From the NCBI GenBank assembly GCA_040767195.1, contig JAXGPA010000002.1, positions 96,001 through 160,000 of the forward strand: a stretch of 64,000 nucleotides of DNA, read 5' to 3'. Below the pieces are notes generated by a model. That model was not told the origin of the DNA. It saw only the letters and a program-made list of their open reading frames with translations, and made no database searches. This document shows, one piece after another, positions 47,772-56,903 of this stretch; the first letter of the stretch is position 1, and every line of letters starts with the position of its first letter. The DNA comes from Syntrophales bacterium (GTDB lineage: Bacteria; Desulfobacterota; Syntrophia; Syntrophales; UBA6807). Position numbers and translations under genes: made by a program.

Positions 47772-47800
47772 AGCATAGACAAAAACGGGCACCCTGTCAA
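47772..47800 (-). promoter_or_regulatory. Sigma70 promoter of the second amino-acid ABC operon
   Basis: Minus strand TTGACA, 17-nt spacer, TATGCT. Confidence 0.65.
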
Positions 47801-47837
47801 GGGTCAAGGCGTTGTCCCGGCCCCTTGCCCCGGCCTT

Positions 47838-47885
47838 GAAACAGAGAAGAGGGCACCTTTTGCCTGAGACAGGCAAGAGGCGCCC
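47838..47885 (-). terminator. Probable terminator after the TPR-CsgG gene
   Basis: GGGCGCCTCTTGCCTG-TCT-CAGGCAAAAGGTGCCC followed by a pyrimidine/T-rich tail. Confidence 0.6.
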
Positions 47886-47923
47886 GTCGAACTCCCCCTT
47901 CGAAGCGGAACTCTGGATATCCG

Positions 47924-49147
47924 TCAGTGACCGCCGCCGCTGCCTCCGCTCTGGGCCGCCGCCGCCTTCGCTCTGGCCTCATCCGCTTCACTGGCGGCGG
48001 TCACATCGCCCACCAGGCCGAGAACGGTGGCGTTCGCCTGGGCCGTTGACGGGGCCGTTGTCAGGGCCTTTGCGCCCGGTCCCTGGGGATCCGCCTCGGA
48101 GGAGCGGAGAAACAGGCGGATAGCCAGGTCCCAATCCTTCCTGTCCTGGGCGTCCAGGCCCTCGCCGTAATACTTGATGGCGGTGTAGGATGTCGTGGCG
48201 TAACGCCCCATGGCGCTTCTTTCCTGGGGGGTCAGCGAAACCCCCAGGTCATCGAGAATACCGAAAACGATGGCCTTCTCGATCTTGAAGAACTCGTCCA
48301 CGGGACCCTGGGCTTCCTGGCGGCCGGCGTCCTTGACCGTGCCGACGTCCATGACGACGCTGTCCACCCGCATGACCGCCTCACTGAGGCCGGCCATGTT
48401 CCCCGTGACCACCCGGCCCGCCCCCACAAGGCGTCCCACCCGGGGGGCCGTTTTGGGATCCACGATACCCGTCGTCCCGAGCTTGAGCTCCTCGAGAAGC
48501 TTCTGCATTTTAACCCGTTCCACCACCGCGATGGAGGGGGCCTTGGCGAGATCGGTGATGATCATGTCCGCCATGGCCTTCTGGAGGGGCCGAATCCTTT
48601 CACGAATGCCCCGGTCCCCGAAATAGGTCACCGCCACCGTGTTGGGGTCGCCGGGTTTTCCCTTCAGGGCCTTTTCCCCCTTCACCGCCTCCTTCGCCCA
48701 GCGGGATGATTCCTTGTGAAGCAGGACGGTCATCTGCTTCACGATCCGGGCGGTGACGTAGCTGTCCGGTTCCTGCAGAGCGTAAGCCTTCCAGACATCG
48801 ATGGCCTTCCCGTATTCCTCCGTGAGCGTGTAGGCGAGGCCGAGGTACAGGTCGGTGCCCTTGTCGTTGGGGTCGATCTTCCGGGCCTTTTCCAGGGCCG
48901 CCACGGCCTCCGGGCCCTTTCCGATTTCCACGTAAGCCCGTCCGATTCCTCTCAAGGCGGTCGCGTTATCCGGGCTTTCCTTCAGGAGTTCCTCGTAAAG
49001 GGCGACGGCCTCGTCATATTTCTTCGACTCCAGGGCCGTGTGGGCCTTGACCTGGAGCATGGTCCTCTGGAAAATGGCCGAGTTACACCCCGTCAAAAAC
49101 AAAAAAACCAGAACCGGCACGAAAAATTGAGTGATCCTGCTTCTCAT
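47924..49147 (-). CDS. TPR plus CsgG/HfaB-like domain lipoprotein
   Basis: LTGC lipobox, about three N-terminal TPRs, then VAV..F...ADM.ITDL....VVER...L.E..L...G.VD..TA.RVG.L.GA....G. Confidence 0.78.
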   Translation of the reverse strand: MRSRITQFFVPVLVFLFLTGCNSAIFQRTMLQVKAHTALESKKYDEAVALYEELLKESPDNATALRGIGRAYVEIGKGPEAVAALEKARKIDPNDKGTDLYLGLAYTLTEEYGKAIDVWKAYALQEPDSYVTARIVKQMTVLLHKESSRWAKEAVKGEKALKGKPGDPNTVAVTYFGDRGIRERIRPLQKAMADMIITDLAKAPSIAVVERVKMQKLLEELKLGTTGIVDPKTAPRVGRLVGAGRVVTGNMAGLSEAVMRVDSVVMDVGTVKDAGRQEAQGPVDEFFKIEKAIVFGILDDLGVSLTPQERSAMGRYATTSYTAIKYYGEGLDAQDRKDWDLAIRLFLRSSEADPQGPGAKALTTAPSTAQANATVLGLVGDVTAASEADEARAKAAAAQSGGSGGGH

Positions 49148-49162
49148 GACATCCTCCTTCGT

Positions 49163-49693
49163 TCAATCCCGCTTGAGGCCGGCGGAGAGAATCTCGCTCA
49201 CAAGCCTTTCCTCGAGCTCGAAAATTTTTTCAAAGCTTCCCGTCACCTTGGCCGTTCCCGTGATTTCCCCCGTCTCCGTCCGAACCACCCGGGCATTCAC
49301 GCGGACCTGGCTTCTGAACTTCATGAAGGACCCCAGGATCAGGTGATTCGCCCCCAGGAGCTTACCCACCCGAAGGGCCGTCCTTTCATCGACCGCCCCG
49401 GTCATGGAGAGGCCGATTTCATCCATCAGGGCCTTGAGGCGCTGCCGTTCCACCACGCGGACGCCCGGGGCTCCGTTCAGACCGTCGGTGATGCCCGCGG
49501 CCAGCACCTCTCCCAGGCCTTCCGTATCACCCGAAGGCCGGAGATCCTCCAGGGGAAAGACGGCAACGAGAAAGGATGGAGAGGGGTCAGGGGACACCGC
49601 CCGAACCCGGTCCACCGTTACGGACAGAAAAAAACTGATGATAACCGCACTTGCCAGAATACCTGTCGCGCTTTTTCTCATCCCGCCCCTCAC
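49163..49693 (-). CDS. Exported single-domain CsgG/HfaB/FlgO-like protein
   Basis: Signal peptide, VAVFP, VVER..L..L..E..L...G.VD..TA..VGKLLGA.....GS and R..ARVV..ETG motifs. Confidence 0.78.
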   Translation of the reverse strand: MRGGMRKSATGILASAVIISFFLSVTVDRVRAVSPDPSPSFLVAVFPLEDLRPSGDTEGLGEVLAAGITDGLNGAPGVRVVERQRLKALMDEIGLSMTGAVDERTALRVGKLLGANHLILGSFMKFRSQVRVNARVVRTETGEITGTAKVTGSFEKIFELEERLVSEILSAGLKRD

Positions 49694-50391
49694 GGCCTCC
49701 TTCCCGCTTCCCGCAACCCTCGGTTCTCCACCGGAAAGCCCGGGTACTTCCGGTTAAGTTCCCGGGCGATCTGCGCCGCCGCCTTCTCATCCTTCCGGTC
49801 GAGGGCATCGAGACCTCTCGAATAGAGGAGAAGGGCCTCGAAAGACTCCTCCCCCATTTTTTTCTCCGCACGCGCCGGGCCCTTCCGCCTCAAGCTCCGG
49901 AGAATCCTCTCCACCAGGGATTCCTCCATGAAGAAGAAATCGTCGGCGGACCCGCACATCTCCTCGGAAACCATCACCCGGGACGTCTCCACGTCCACAA
50001 GCCGGGCATCGATCCGGAGCATCGTCCCGACGGCCGTGTAGCTCCCCATGAGAAGGGCCTTCACGCCCAGTATTTTTCCCACTTTCTGAACCGTTTCGTC
50101 CGTCACCGCCCCGGTCTGGTGAAGGGCCATTTCCGAGATCAGGGCATCCATGCGCGTTCTTTCCACGACCTGAAGACCCTCCGACCCCGCCAGGGAGGAG
50201 ATGAGCGTATCCGCCAGTCCTTTTCTGAAGGGCTCCAGGCTCTCCCGGTCGGTAATGGAATAATTGTCGAAATACAGGACAGCGATCCGAAGGGGCCCCT
50301 CTCCCGCCGCTGAAACGGTCGAGACGGGCCGGACCACGCCGGTCATCATCCATAAAGAAACAACGACGGCCCCCAGGACTGTCTTTCTCAC
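49690..50391 (-). CDS. Exported CsgG/HfaB-like protein with a C-terminal TPR-like helix pair
   Basis: IAVLYFDN, VVER..M..L..E..L...G.V......VGK.LG.....GS and RIDARLVDVET motifs. Probable GTG start at 50391, uncertain. Confidence 0.75.
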   Translation of the reverse strand: MRKTVLGAVVVSLWMMTGVVRPVSTVSAAGEGPLRIAVLYFDNYSITDRESLEPFRKGLADTLISSLAGSEGLQVVERTRMDALISEMALHQTGAVTDETVQKVGKILGVKALLMGSYTAVGTMLRIDARLVDVETSRVMVSEEMCGSADDFFFMEESLVERILRSLRRKGPARAEKKMGEESFEALLLYSRGLDALDRKDEKAAAQIARELNRKYPGFPVENRGLREAGRRP

Positions 50392-50782
50392 CGGAACACC
50401 TGCTGAAAATACATTAACCCGCTCTGCTCGAAACGATCGTTCCCGATGTCCATACGTAACAGCATTCCTATAGCAAGTCAACGAACACAGGGGCCGCCAC
50501 TCAGGTGGCATGGACGCACGGGCGGATCGCCGTTCCTGCATTCACGGGCGGTGAAACCCGCCGCGCCCGACGGTGACCCGGGCTAGGTGTTTTCCGGAAG
50601 CCGTCAGGGAAGCGTTCCCGAAACACCGGTGATGGGGAAATCACCCCGAACCCATTCCATGGAGATATCCCACGGCGCCCATGACTTTCCCGGCGTTCGG
50701 GTTCTCCGACGAAAGAGGGCGCCTTTTCAGGGGGCCGGAAGGATCTTTTCCGCCCGTCCCGAGGCCGGTCGGGCCGGGCCGG

Positions 50783-52039
50783 TCAATTCCCGGCCTCCGG
50801 CTGGGGGAAGGTACACTTTCCCTCTCCCAGGTAAAGACCGAAAAGATAGGGTTTCTGGGAAAGGAAGGCCATGGCCTGGTTGTGGACCTCCTCCTCGGCA
50901 AACGTCACGCTGTAGCGCCAGGTCTGGTAATCGAAGGTGAGGCTCCGGGCGAAGTAAAGGGGTTTCAGGACGTTGATGATCTCCCGCTTGGATGTTTCCG
51001 CGGCCCCGTCGAACAGGTACAGGAGAGTGTAGACCATCTGGGACCAGAGCATGATGTCCACATCGTAGTTGTCCATGTGGAACATGGCGTCGAACCGGCC
51101 GTAGGCGTAAGGGGTCAGGTACTGCCGGACCAGGTCCTTGTACTGCTCGTATTCGTTCCGGCAGTCCCGCTTCAGTTTCAGGATGTCGATGTTCAGCCAC
51201 TGAGGGTCCTGGAGCTTCTTCATGCCCGTACGGTTCACATTCTGGACCTTCATCTGATAGACCGTCCTGGCGCCGTTTTCGAGCCATTTTTCAAGCCACG
51301 TGAACCGGTGGCTCAGGATCGTCGAAAACAGGGCGTAGACCACCTCCTCGAACATCCTTCCCAGCTTCGGGGAACTGGCCTTGTGAATCTTCGCACCCAG
51401 GCCGGCCTCGCAGGTCCGGAAATCGCCGAAAACGGCGTTCAGGGACATGAAGATGTCAATCCCGTACTGCCGGACCATGTCGTTCCAGGGCAGGCTGAGC
51501 CAGTGGGAGCAGAGCCGGGGGGAAAAGGCGAAATCCCCGCCGATGGGCTGGCGTATGTCCAGCCCCGTCAGGGAAAAAACCAGGGGATAACACAGATGGT
51601 TCGTGATCGTCCCGTCGAACTGGTGCCGGGAATAGTAGGGGGTGACGAAGTCATACCCGCCCTGAAGAACAGGAAACCCCAGGTACTTGATCCACTCGGG
51701 GGTGATCGACCGGAGATCGGCGTCCACGACGACGATGGTCCGGGCTTCCGCCTTTTCACAGAACTGGAAAAGATTCCAGAAATTGTTCCCTTTCCCACGG
51801 ACGCCTTCGGGCGTGGCGATGTATTTGCGGTCAACCCTTTTTGGAAAGGGCGCCGCCAGGAAGGCCTCCCGCGTCCCGTCGGGGCTCCGGTTGTCGCAGT
51901 TGACGACGACGGTTCGCAGATCGGGGAAGTACTTTTCCAGGCCCCTGCCGGCGGCCTCGGCCACGTGTCCGATGGTTTCCGCTTCGTGGTACGACGGAAT
52001 ACCGACGACGACATCGTATTTTTCGTTCTGAACGCCCAT
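50783..52039 (-). CDS. GT-A glycosyltransferase, glucosylglycerate synthase-like
   Basis: GIPSY.EA.TI..V, D..S.DGT, GKG, DADLRSITP.W, P.Y.RH..DGTITN, IRQPIGGDF and YGIDI motifs. Confidence 0.78.
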   Translation of the reverse strand: MGVQNEKYDVVVGIPSYHEAETIGHVAEAAGRGLEKYFPDLRTVVVNCDNRSPDGTREAFLAAPFPKRVDRKYIATPEGVRGKGNNFWNLFQFCEKAEARTIVVVDADLRSITPEWIKYLGFPVLQGGYDFVTPYYSRHQFDGTITNHLCYPLVFSLTGLDIRQPIGGDFAFSPRLCSHWLSLPWNDMVRQYGIDIFMSLNAVFGDFRTCEAGLGAKIHKASSPKLGRMFEEVVYALFSTILSHRFTWLEKWLENGARTVYQMKVQNVNRTGMKKLQDPQWLNIDILKLKRDCRNEYEQYKDLVRQYLTPYAYGRFDAMFHMDNYDVDIMLWSQMVYTLLYLFDGAAETSKREIINVLKPLYFARSLTFDYQTWRYSVTFAEEEVHNQAMAFLSQKPYLFGLYLGEGKCTFPQPEAGN

Positions 52040-52202
52040 GCCCTCCCTCTTTTTTTCTTTTGTCCCTTCGGGACCCGAAAGGGCGGGTCAGGACAAGACG
52101 ACAAGACCTTTCCTTTTCTCAACCCGCCGTCGGGAAATCTTTCACCGGTTCCACCGCGGTGCCGCGGTGCCCCGGCGGAACCCCACGGGATTCACGGCCC
52201 CG

Positions 52203-53066
52203 TCACGGGGAAACGCCTGCGAACCGCCGGGCGCTCGACAGCGTGTTGGACAGCAGCATGGCAATGGTCATGGGTCCCACGCCGCCGGGCACGGGGGTGA
52301 TGTGGGAAGCCTTTTCCACTGCTTCCCCGAAGGCCACATCCCCCACGAGCTTCCCCCCCGCCGGGCGGTTCGTCCCCACGTCGATGACCACCGCCCCCTC
52401 GCGAACCATGTCGCCCCGGATCATTTCGGGATTCCCGGCGGCGGCGACGAGAATCTCTCCCCGGCGGGTCACCTCCCCGAGGTTGCGGGTCCGGGTGTGG
52501 CAGACGGTGATGGTGGCGTGCCGGGCGAGCAGCATGAGGGCGAGCGGTTTCCCCACGATGTTGCTCCGACCCACGATGACCGCTTCTTTCCCTTCCATGG
52601 GAATCCGGTAGCGGTCAAGAAGCGCGATGACCCCGGCAGGCGTGCAGGCCCGGTGAAAGGGATTCCCCGTGAAAAGCCCCCCCACGTTGTACGGGTGAAA
52701 GCCGTCCACATCCTTCCGGGGGTCGATGGCTTCAAGAACGGGTTCCGGCCTGAGCGGTTTCGGCAGGGGGAGCTGAACGAGGATGCCGTGTATGCCGGCA
52801 TCGCCGTTCAGCTCCCCGATCAGTCTCAAAAGGGTCTCCTCCCGGGTGTTTTCGGGCAGCCGATATTCCCGGGAAAAAAATCCCGCCTCCCCGCAGGCTT
52901 TCTCTTTCATGCCCACGTAAATCTTCGAAGCGGGGTCCTCGCCGACGAGAACGACGGCCAGTCCCGGCCGGACGCCCGTGGCGCCGAAGAGATCCAGGGC
53001 CCCCTGACGGATTTCCTCCCGGATTTCCCCGGCAACCTTCTTCCCGTCGATGATGACCGCCGCCAT
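52203..53066 (-). CDS. folD: Methylenetetrahydrofolate dehydrogenase/cyclohydrolase
   Basis: HGILVQLPLP, KDVDGFHP, GRSNIVGKP and ITPVPGGVGPMT motifs. Confidence 0.97.
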   Translation of the reverse strand: MAAVIIDGKKVAGEIREEIRQGALDLFGATGVRPGLAVVLVGEDPASKIYVGMKEKACGEAGFFSREYRLPENTREETLLRLIGELNGDAGIHGILVQLPLPKPLRPEPVLEAIDPRKDVDGFHPYNVGGLFTGNPFHRACTPAGVIALLDRYRIPMEGKEAVIVGRSNIVGKPLALMLLARHATITVCHTRTRNLGEVTRRGEILVAAAGNPEMIRGDMVREGAVVIDVGTNRPAGGKLVGDVAFGEAVEKASHITPVPGGVGPMTIAMLLSNTLSSARRFAGVSP

Positions 53067-53077
53067 GACGGGATCCC

Positions 53078-53614
53078 TTATTCCGACTGGAGGTCGATGG
53101 CCAGCTTCACGAGCGTCTCCACCTGGTCGTCGGGAACCCGGCCCCGGACGATGGCCCGGCAGACCCGATTCTTGTCGAGGATGACGGCGTTTGCCGTGTC
53201 CTTGCCCAGCCCCCAGGCGTTTCTCAACTTGGCATCATAGTCGAAAAGAATGACCGTCTTGTATTTCTTGGCCTTCTCCCCGGCGATGGCCCGGATGAGA
53301 AAATTCGGCTTCCACGTGGCGTCGCAGTCTACGATCCCGATGCCCTTGTAGGTTTCCTCCTTCAGGAGGCCCTCCTCCTTGGCTTTTTTCATGGCGTCGG
53401 TAAAATGCTCGTTCAGGTCCGACTCGTCAGGGTCCACGTAGTTCACCAGGAGAACCCGCCCCGCCCAGGATTCCATGGTGAACGCCTTTCCGTCCGCGTC
53501 GGGAAAGGACCAGTCCGAAGCGGTCATTCCCACCTGCAACTCCTCCGCGCCGGCGGAAAAGCCGCAGAAAACCATGCAGAAAACCACCATCAAAAAGACT
53601 TTCATTCTTTTCAT
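53078..53614 (-). CDS. Exported YtfJ-like/thioredoxin-fold protein
   Basis: Signal peptide, L.VG.....F, W.G.V....Y and D....R.AWGL......ILDK motifs. Confidence 0.7.
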   Translation of the reverse strand: MKRMKVFLMVVFCMVFCGFSAGAEELQVGMTASDWSFPDADGKAFTMESWAGRVLLVNYVDPDESDLNEHFTDAMKKAKEEGLLKEETYKGIGIVDCDATWKPNFLIRAIAGEKAKKYKTVILFDYDAKLRNAWGLGKDTANAVILDKNRVCRAIVRGRVPDDQVETLVKLAIDLQSE

Positions 53615-53724
53615 CGATTCCCCTCCTTTCTCACACAGGGATGTCATCAGTTACATTGATCCGGGGCGAAATGTCAAGGCCGCGGGAAAGAATCCGAAAG
53701 GGGGTTTTTTCCCCGACATTTGTA

Positions 53725-53753
53725 TTGAAACTCCATACCCGTTGTGCTATGGT
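53725..53753 (+). promoter_or_regulatory. Sigma70 promoter of the acyl-CoA ligase gene
   Basis: TTGAAA, 17-nt spacer with extended TG, TATGGT. Confidence 0.55.
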
Positions 53754-53783
53754 GTGTTCGCCTTGGAGGGAGGTTTTTTCTTA

Positions 53784-55250
53784 ATGGAATATGCTAACTT
53801 AGGCAAAATGTTGGAACATTCGGCCGGGCGCTATTCCCATCTCCCTTCCATTATTTTCAAGGACCTCCGAATCTCCTACGGCGACCTGAACGGGGCCGTC
53901 AACGCCCTGGCCAATCACCTCCAGGGTCTGCCCGTAAAAAAAGGGGACAAGGTGGCCATTCTCCTTCCCAACGGCCCCGAGTTCGTCATCGCCTACTTCG
54001 CCGCCGCGAAAATCGGCGCCGTCGCCGTCACCCTGAGCGTTTTTTCGACGCCTTACGAACTGCAGCATCTCCTCGAAAACAGCGAGTCGGTGATTCTCAT
54101 CACCACGACCGCCGCGGCAAAACGGTTCGCCGAGATCCGCGACCAGGTCCCCCGGTGCCGGCACCTTCTCCTCACCGACGGCGCCTTCGGTCCGTCACCC
54201 TTCCGGGAGGCCCTGGACGGAAACAGCCCCGAATTCGAGTCCCCGCCCATCGGGAGCGATGACCCGGCAGTGATGATCTACACGGCGGGGCTCACCGGCA
54301 GGCCCCTGGGGGCCGTCCTCACCCACGGGAACATGGCCACCCAGTGCACGCTCCTCCGTGAAATCTGCGAGGGCCGGGAGGGCGACGTGGGCCTTTGCCT
54401 CATCCCCCTCTTCCACGCCTTCGGCGCCGCCGCCAACATGGTAAGCGCCCTGGAACTGGGGGCCGCCATGGTCATGATGGACCAGCTCAACATGGACGGC
54501 ATCTTCGAGGCCATCGCCCGGGAAAGGATCACCTACATCGCCGCCGTGCCCCGGCTCTTTCTCGGCATGCTTCTTCATGACGGCGCCGAAAGGCATGACG
54601 TCGGTTCCCTCCGCCTGTGCATCACCGGGGGGTCCGCCATGATACCCGAGTTCATCCCCCCCTTCCAGGAGAAGTTCTCCGTCAAGCTCATGGAAGGCTA
54701 CGGCCTCACGGAAGCCGCGCCGGTGTGCTCCTTCAGCCGGCCCTGGATGGCCCAGAAGCCGGGTTCCATCGGAATTCCTATCCCCGGCGCGACAGCCCGG
54801 GTGGTGGACGACGCCGGCGGGGATCTTCCGGCGAACGGTGAGGGGGAGCTTCTCATCCGGGGGAAAAACGTCATGTCGGGATACTACAGGGCCGAGGAGG
54901 CCACGGCTTCGGTCATCCGCGACGGCTGGCTCTACACGGGCGATCTGGCAAGGATCGACGAGGAGGGATACATCTTCCTCACGGGAAGAAAGAAACGAAT
55001 GATCATCACGAGCGGGTTCAACGTGTACCCCCGGGAAGTGGAAGTTGTCCTCGAGAGACACCCTCTCGTGGCCGCCTGCCGGGTGACGTCGAAACCCGAC
55101 ATGATGCGGGGTGAAATCGTCAAAGCACTGGTCGTGCCGAAAAAGGGAAACATCCTCGATGACAAGGAACTCTTCCGTTACTGCCGATCCTACCTTTCCC
55201 CTTACAAGGTGCCCCGTGAAGTGGAATTTGTAGACAACCTGGAAAGTTAA
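53784..55250 (+). CDS. Long-chain fatty acid-CoA ligase family protein
   Basis: YTAGLTGRPLG, EGYGLTE, GWLYTGD and GR.K.MII.SGFNVYP.EVE motifs. It ends before the usual terminal lysine motif. Confidence 0.88.
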   Translation: MEYANLGKMLEHSAGRYSHLPSIIFKDLRISYGDLNGAVNALANHLQGLPVKKGDKVAILLPNGPEFVIAYFAAAKIGAVAVTLSVFSTPYELQHLLENSESVILITTTAAAKRFAEIRDQVPRCRHLLLTDGAFGPSPFREALDGNSPEFESPPIGSDDPAVMIYTAGLTGRPLGAVLTHGNMATQCTLLREICEGREGDVGLCLIPLFHAFGAAANMVSALELGAAMVMMDQLNMDGIFEAIARERITYIAAVPRLFLGMLLHDGAERHDVGSLRLCITGGSAMIPEFIPPFQEKFSVKLMEGYGLTEAAPVCSFSRPWMAQKPGSIGIPIPGATARVVDDAGGDLPANGEGELLIRGKNVMSGYYRAEEATASVIRDGWLYTGDLARIDEEGYIFLTGRKKRMIITSGFNVYPREVEVVLERHPLVAACRVTSKPDMMRGEIVKALVVPKKGNILDDKELFRYCRSYLSPYKVPREVEFVDNLES

Positions 55251-55414
55251 TTTTTCTTTCCCCGGCATTTCACCCCCTGCGGTAAACAGGTTTCGCACGC
55301 CGTTCTCTGGAAGAAGGCTGGCGCCCCGCCGTCGCGCCATATTCCCGCCGGCCTGCCGGAGTGACCGGATATCGGTAATCCATTCAAGGATAAATTACAC
55401 ACAGGAGGCAATGC

Positions 55415-56776
55415 ATGGAAAAGGTTCCGCAGAAACTGGACAGAAAGCGAGCCGAAGTCTACAAGGACGCCCCTGTCGCCAAGTTCGGCGAGAGGAAACC
55501 GGATTATTCCGGGATGGGAAAGAAAGTCAAGAACGTATACAAGGGCTTCCGTGAAGTGGTCTGCGTCTCCGCCTGCCGTACCCCCTACGGGCGTTTCGGC
55601 GGCGGGCTGGCGTCCTTCGACGCCCCGGAGCTGGGCGCCCTGGCCATCAAGGAGTGCCTGAGGCGAGTGAGCCCCAAGGTAAAGGCCGAAGACATCGACT
55701 ACGTCATCATGGGCCAGGTCGTCCCCGCCGGCTGCGGCCAGGTGCCGAGCCGTCAGGCGTCCATCCTGGCGGGACTGCCCGAATGGGTCCCCTCCATCAC
55801 CGTCAACAAGGTCTGCTCCTCGGGAATCAAGACCGTCGACCTGGGGGTCCAGATGATCAAGATGGGCCGGGCGGACATCATCATCGCCGGCGGCCAGGAA
55901 AGCATGAGCAACTGCCCCTTCTCCCTGCCCGGCATGCGGTGGGGCGCCCGGATGGGCCTGACGACGGTGCCTTCGGTGGACCTCATGGTCTACGACGGGC
56001 TCTGGGACGCCTTCTACAACCGGCACATGGCCATCCACGGCTCCGAGACGGCCGACGAGTTCGGCTTCACCCGGGAGGACCAGGACGAATGGGCCCTCCA
56101 GTCCCAGAAGGCGGCCGGGGAAGCGATAAAGGCGGGCCGTCTCGACGACGAGATCTTCCCCGTGGAGGTCCGCCAGGGAAAGAAAGTCGTCGTGGTGGAC
56201 AAGGACGAGTTCCCGAGGCCGGACACGACCCTGGAAGCCCTGGCCAAGCTGCCGCCGGTCTTCAACCACAAGAGCGCCGTCACGGGACAGCCGGGCAGCG
56301 TCACCGCCGGGAACGCCCCGGGGGTGAACGACGGCGGGGACGTGTGCATGATCATGAGCCGCGAGACGGCGGACCGCCTGGGGCTGAAGCCCCTCTTCTC
56401 GATCGTCGACTACGCCGAAGTCTCCCAGCCGACGAAGGACATCGCCACCGTTCCCGGTCTCTCCATCAAGAAGGTCCTCGAACAGAACGACCTGACCGTC
56501 AACGATGTGAAAATCATCGAGATCAACGAGGCCTTCGCCGCCGTCGCCCTCATCAGCGCCCGGTCGATCCTCGGCCTCAGCAAGGAGGAAATGAAGGAAA
56601 AGGTGAACGTGAACGGCAGCGCCATCGCCTACGGCCACCCCATCGGGGCGACGGGCGCCCGGATCCTCATGACGCTGGGCTACGAGCTCCGGCGGCGAGG
56701 CGGCGGCCTCGGCGTCTGCGGCATCTGCTCCGGTCACGCCCAGGGCGATGCCATGCTTATCAAGGTGGAACCGTAA
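55415..56776 (+). CDS. Thiolase with an N-terminal extension
   Basis: NKVCSSG, TAGNAPGVNDG, EINEAFA, GHPIGATG and ICSGHAQG motifs. Confidence 0.93.
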   Translation: MEKVPQKLDRKRAEVYKDAPVAKFGERKPDYSGMGKKVKNVYKGFREVVCVSACRTPYGRFGGGLASFDAPELGALAIKECLRRVSPKVKAEDIDYVIMGQVVPAGCGQVPSRQASILAGLPEWVPSITVNKVCSSGIKTVDLGVQMIKMGRADIIIAGGQESMSNCPFSLPGMRWGARMGLTTVPSVDLMVYDGLWDAFYNRHMAIHGSETADEFGFTREDQDEWALQSQKAAGEAIKAGRLDDEIFPVEVRQGKKVVVVDKDEFPRPDTTLEALAKLPPVFNHKSAVTGQPGSVTAGNAPGVNDGGDVCMIMSRETADRLGLKPLFSIVDYAEVSQPTKDIATVPGLSIKKVLEQNDLTVNDVKIIEINEAFAAVALISARSILGLSKEEMKEKVNVNGSAIAYGHPIGATGARILMTLGYELRRRGGGLGVCGICSGHAQGDAMLIKVEP

Positions 56777-56903
56777 CACGGGACGGAAACGTTCGGTCGC
56801 ACCTCTACAGGCAGACAAGGAGCAGAAACGGCCAGACACTGCCGCAGGGCTGAGCGAAAACCCGTGATTGAATAACTTCACAGTGAAGAAAGGAGAAGTT
56901 GGA

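Noticed and set aside
47800..47926. Possible Sec readthrough of the TGA ending the TPR-CsgG gene (GGGH-TGA, with a weak hairpin about 10 nt downstream)
   Set aside because: The hairpin is mismatched and rich in G-U pairs, and its loop does not start with G. The extension would run through a terminator-like stem and has no recognisable motif.
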